From Promethearchaeota archaeon (GTDB lineage: Archaea > Asgardarchaeota > Thorarchaeia > Thorarchaeales > Thorarchaeaceae), in contig JALVPN010000154.1 in the NCBI GenBank assembly GCA_027031765.1, positions 1 through 7,408 of the forward strand: a stretch of 7,408 bases of DNA, in the 5' to 3' direction. Every line of letters begins with the position of its first letter. Position 1 is the first letter of the stretch. Both the position numbers and the translations under genes were made by a program. Under the pieces are notes generated by a model. That model saw nothing but the letters and a program-made list of their open reading frames with translations. It was not told where the DNA came from and made no database searches. Below, piece after piece: positions 5,920 to 7,408 of this stretch.

Positions 5920-7408
5920 AGGTTTCTCAGTACCACAGCCGGGTCGGTCCTTGCGGCATCGAGGGCCGGGAAGTATGCCGCCGCCGTCATCACGAGTACC
6001 TGCACTACAAGCACCATTGTCAGGAACTCGACCGGGAAGGAGATTGCTGCTGGCAATATGCGTGTGGCGGGGCTCAGCGCGAACACAATGACACTCTGTA
6101 TGAAACCGAACACTGTGCCGAGTACGAGACTCAACACCAGCGAGGCCAAGATGGTGCCCGCAAACTCGGACATCACAATGACAATCACCTGGCGTCGTGA
6201 ACTGCCCACAGCACGCAGTATGGCATAGTCCCGTCGGCGCTCGCGGACAATCGAGCCGAGGAACAGTGTCAGGGCGAACAGGCTCAGCACCATTGACATG
6301 GCGAAGCCGATTGAGAACAGGCCCTCCACGGTGCTGAGGAACAGCGCGGTCGCAAAGGAGTGGCTCTTAAGGTTGAAGGTCTCGGGAGTGGTGGCCGAAA
6401 CGCCAGGGAGGTCCGAGAGGGCACGAGTGATCACCGTGCGGTCTGCAACACACACGAGGTCACCGAGGAAGAGAGAGGCGGTCGTGATGTCAGTGATGCT
6501 CGAGATGAACCCGAGGTTCGTGAGCACAAACGCGGAACGGGGCACCTGCAGACCAAAGGCGACATCCCCGTCAGTGTCCTCGTCGACCGAGGCGAGGCCA
6601 AGACCGGGGGCACTGTGTACAATACCGGTTATGTAGAACAGCTGTTGCACCGGTGCAGTGCGACCACCGACCTGTAGCAATACAAAGTCGCCGACACGCT
6701 TGTCCCACCGGGCGGCGAGGGCCTCACTCACGACAATGGCGTTCGCTATGGAGGCAAGACGTGAGAGGACGAATACGGGGTCCTCACCATTGAAGCTCGT
6801 ACTGTCAAAGTTCGCAATCTGAGCATAGTCTATTGCGTCGACTCCGACCACGGTGAACTCGTCCAGGCCCACCTGTCCCCAGGTCATCAGGACTGGGGTC
6901 ACCTGCACTACACCGGGATATGACTCGATTGTTGTTGCAAAGCTGAAGGGGTGAGGGGTGCATGTCACCCTCAGGTCAGCGCCCACGGCATAGGCCACCT
7001 CACTCCTGATGTCGGCCTCGAAGCTCCGCGCCTGTACGGTGAAAGCAATGGTGGACGACAGCGTCAGGGTGAGGACCACCATCAGGGGGACAATCCGCCC
7101 CTTCCTCATGCGGAGGTTACCGGCGGATATTATGTTCTTCTCACCGAGGAGGAAGGACACGCGCTCCGACAGGCGTGCGAACCCGACACGTGCCATTCGG
7201 GAGCCGTTGAACGCCATGAAGAACCATGCACCAGTGCCCATACCAAGCTCGAAGAGTATCATCCCGGGGTTCCGGGGTATCCAGAACAACATGGCAAAGA
7301 CAATGCCCAAGAGCACCAAAGAGGCACCCACAGTGAAACCGTAGGCCTGGTTCGAGTCGTCGATGCCATCGGTGGACTCCAGCAGGTTCGCGCCAATCTC
7401 CATGTGCG
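5916..7408 (-). CDS. Second FtsX/MacB-family ABC permease, paralog of 3007..5919 (partial; N-terminal half lies beyond the right edge)
   Basis: The frame is open to the edge (CAC codon upstream of ATG 7403). The visible part aligns by eye with the C-terminal half of the neighbouring permease: GADLRV.C, YPGV..VTPV, SAPG.G, TPETF, FLGS.V.ER, EFAG, DPAV.LRNL. FtsX motif ERRRDYAILRAVGS. ATG 7403 is therefore probably an internal Met. Confidence 0.92.
   Translation of the reverse strand, partial: HMEIGANLLESTDGIDDSNQAYGFTVGASLVLLGIVFAMLFWIPRNPGMILFELGMGTGAWFFMAFNGSRMARVGFARLSERVSFLLGEKNIISAGNLRMRKGRIVPLMVVLTLTLSSTIAFTVQARSFEADIRSEVAYAVGADLRVTCTPHPFSFATTIESYPGVVQVTPVLMTWGQVGLDEFTVVGVDAIDYAQIANFDSTSFNGEDPVFVLSRLASIANAIVVSEALAARWDKRVGDFVLLQVGGRTAPVQQLFYITGIVHSAPGLGLASVDEDTDGDVAFGLQVPRSAFVLTNLGFISSITDITTASLFLGDLVCVADRTVITRALSDLPGVSATTPETFNLKSHSFATALFLSTVEGLFSIGFAMSMVLSLFALTLFLGSIVRERRRDYAILRAVGSSRRQVIVIVMSEFAGTILASLVLSLVLGTVFGFIQSVIVFALSPATRILPAAISFPVEFLTMVLVVQVLVMTAAAYFPALDAARTDPAVVLRNL

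Noticed and set aside
6366-6375. Promoter-like CAACCTTAAG on the minus strand inside the second permease
   Set aside because: Explained by codons for F-N-L-K, with no start codon at the expected offset of about 39 nt.
7401-7403. ATG 7403 as the true start of a 495-aa permease
   Set aside because: The frame stays open to the window edge and the sequence aligns to the middle linker of the 970-aa paralog.
1-7408. CRISPR arrays, tRNA/rRNA, C/D-box sRNAs, IS elements, intrinsic terminators
   Set aside because: No spaced repeats, cloverleafs, terminal inverted repeats, transposase motifs or hairpin/oligo-T tracts were seen. Intergenic space is tiny and TGATGA-like words fall inside CDSs.

Overview
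GC-rich 7.4-kb window, almost fully coding, most likely archaeal. The lineage call is an inference from TATA/BRE-like promoter motifs, a stand-alone UPF0292-type TOPRIM gene and N-glycosylation sequons confined to extracytoplasmic domains; tandem giant FtsX permeases are compatible with an Asgard/Thorarchaeota-like genome but this is unproven. There are six genes. (1) An OsmC/Ohr-family gene on the minus strand, cut by the left edge and absent from the ORF track. (2) A divergent Zn-dependent MDR alcohol/polyol dehydrogenase. (3) A small TOPRIM protein immediately downstream. Converging on these from the right is a MacB/FtsEX/LolCDE-type (type VII) ABC module: (4) an ATPase and (5, 6) two paralogous double-length FtsX permeases, the second cut by the right edge. 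The most unusual element is the ATPase, which carries a C-terminal AbrB/MazE-like swapped-hairpin segment plus a C4 zinc ribbon and seems to have its own promoter. The two permeases differ sharply in N-glycosylation sequons. No rRNA, tRNA, CRISPR array or mobile element was seen.
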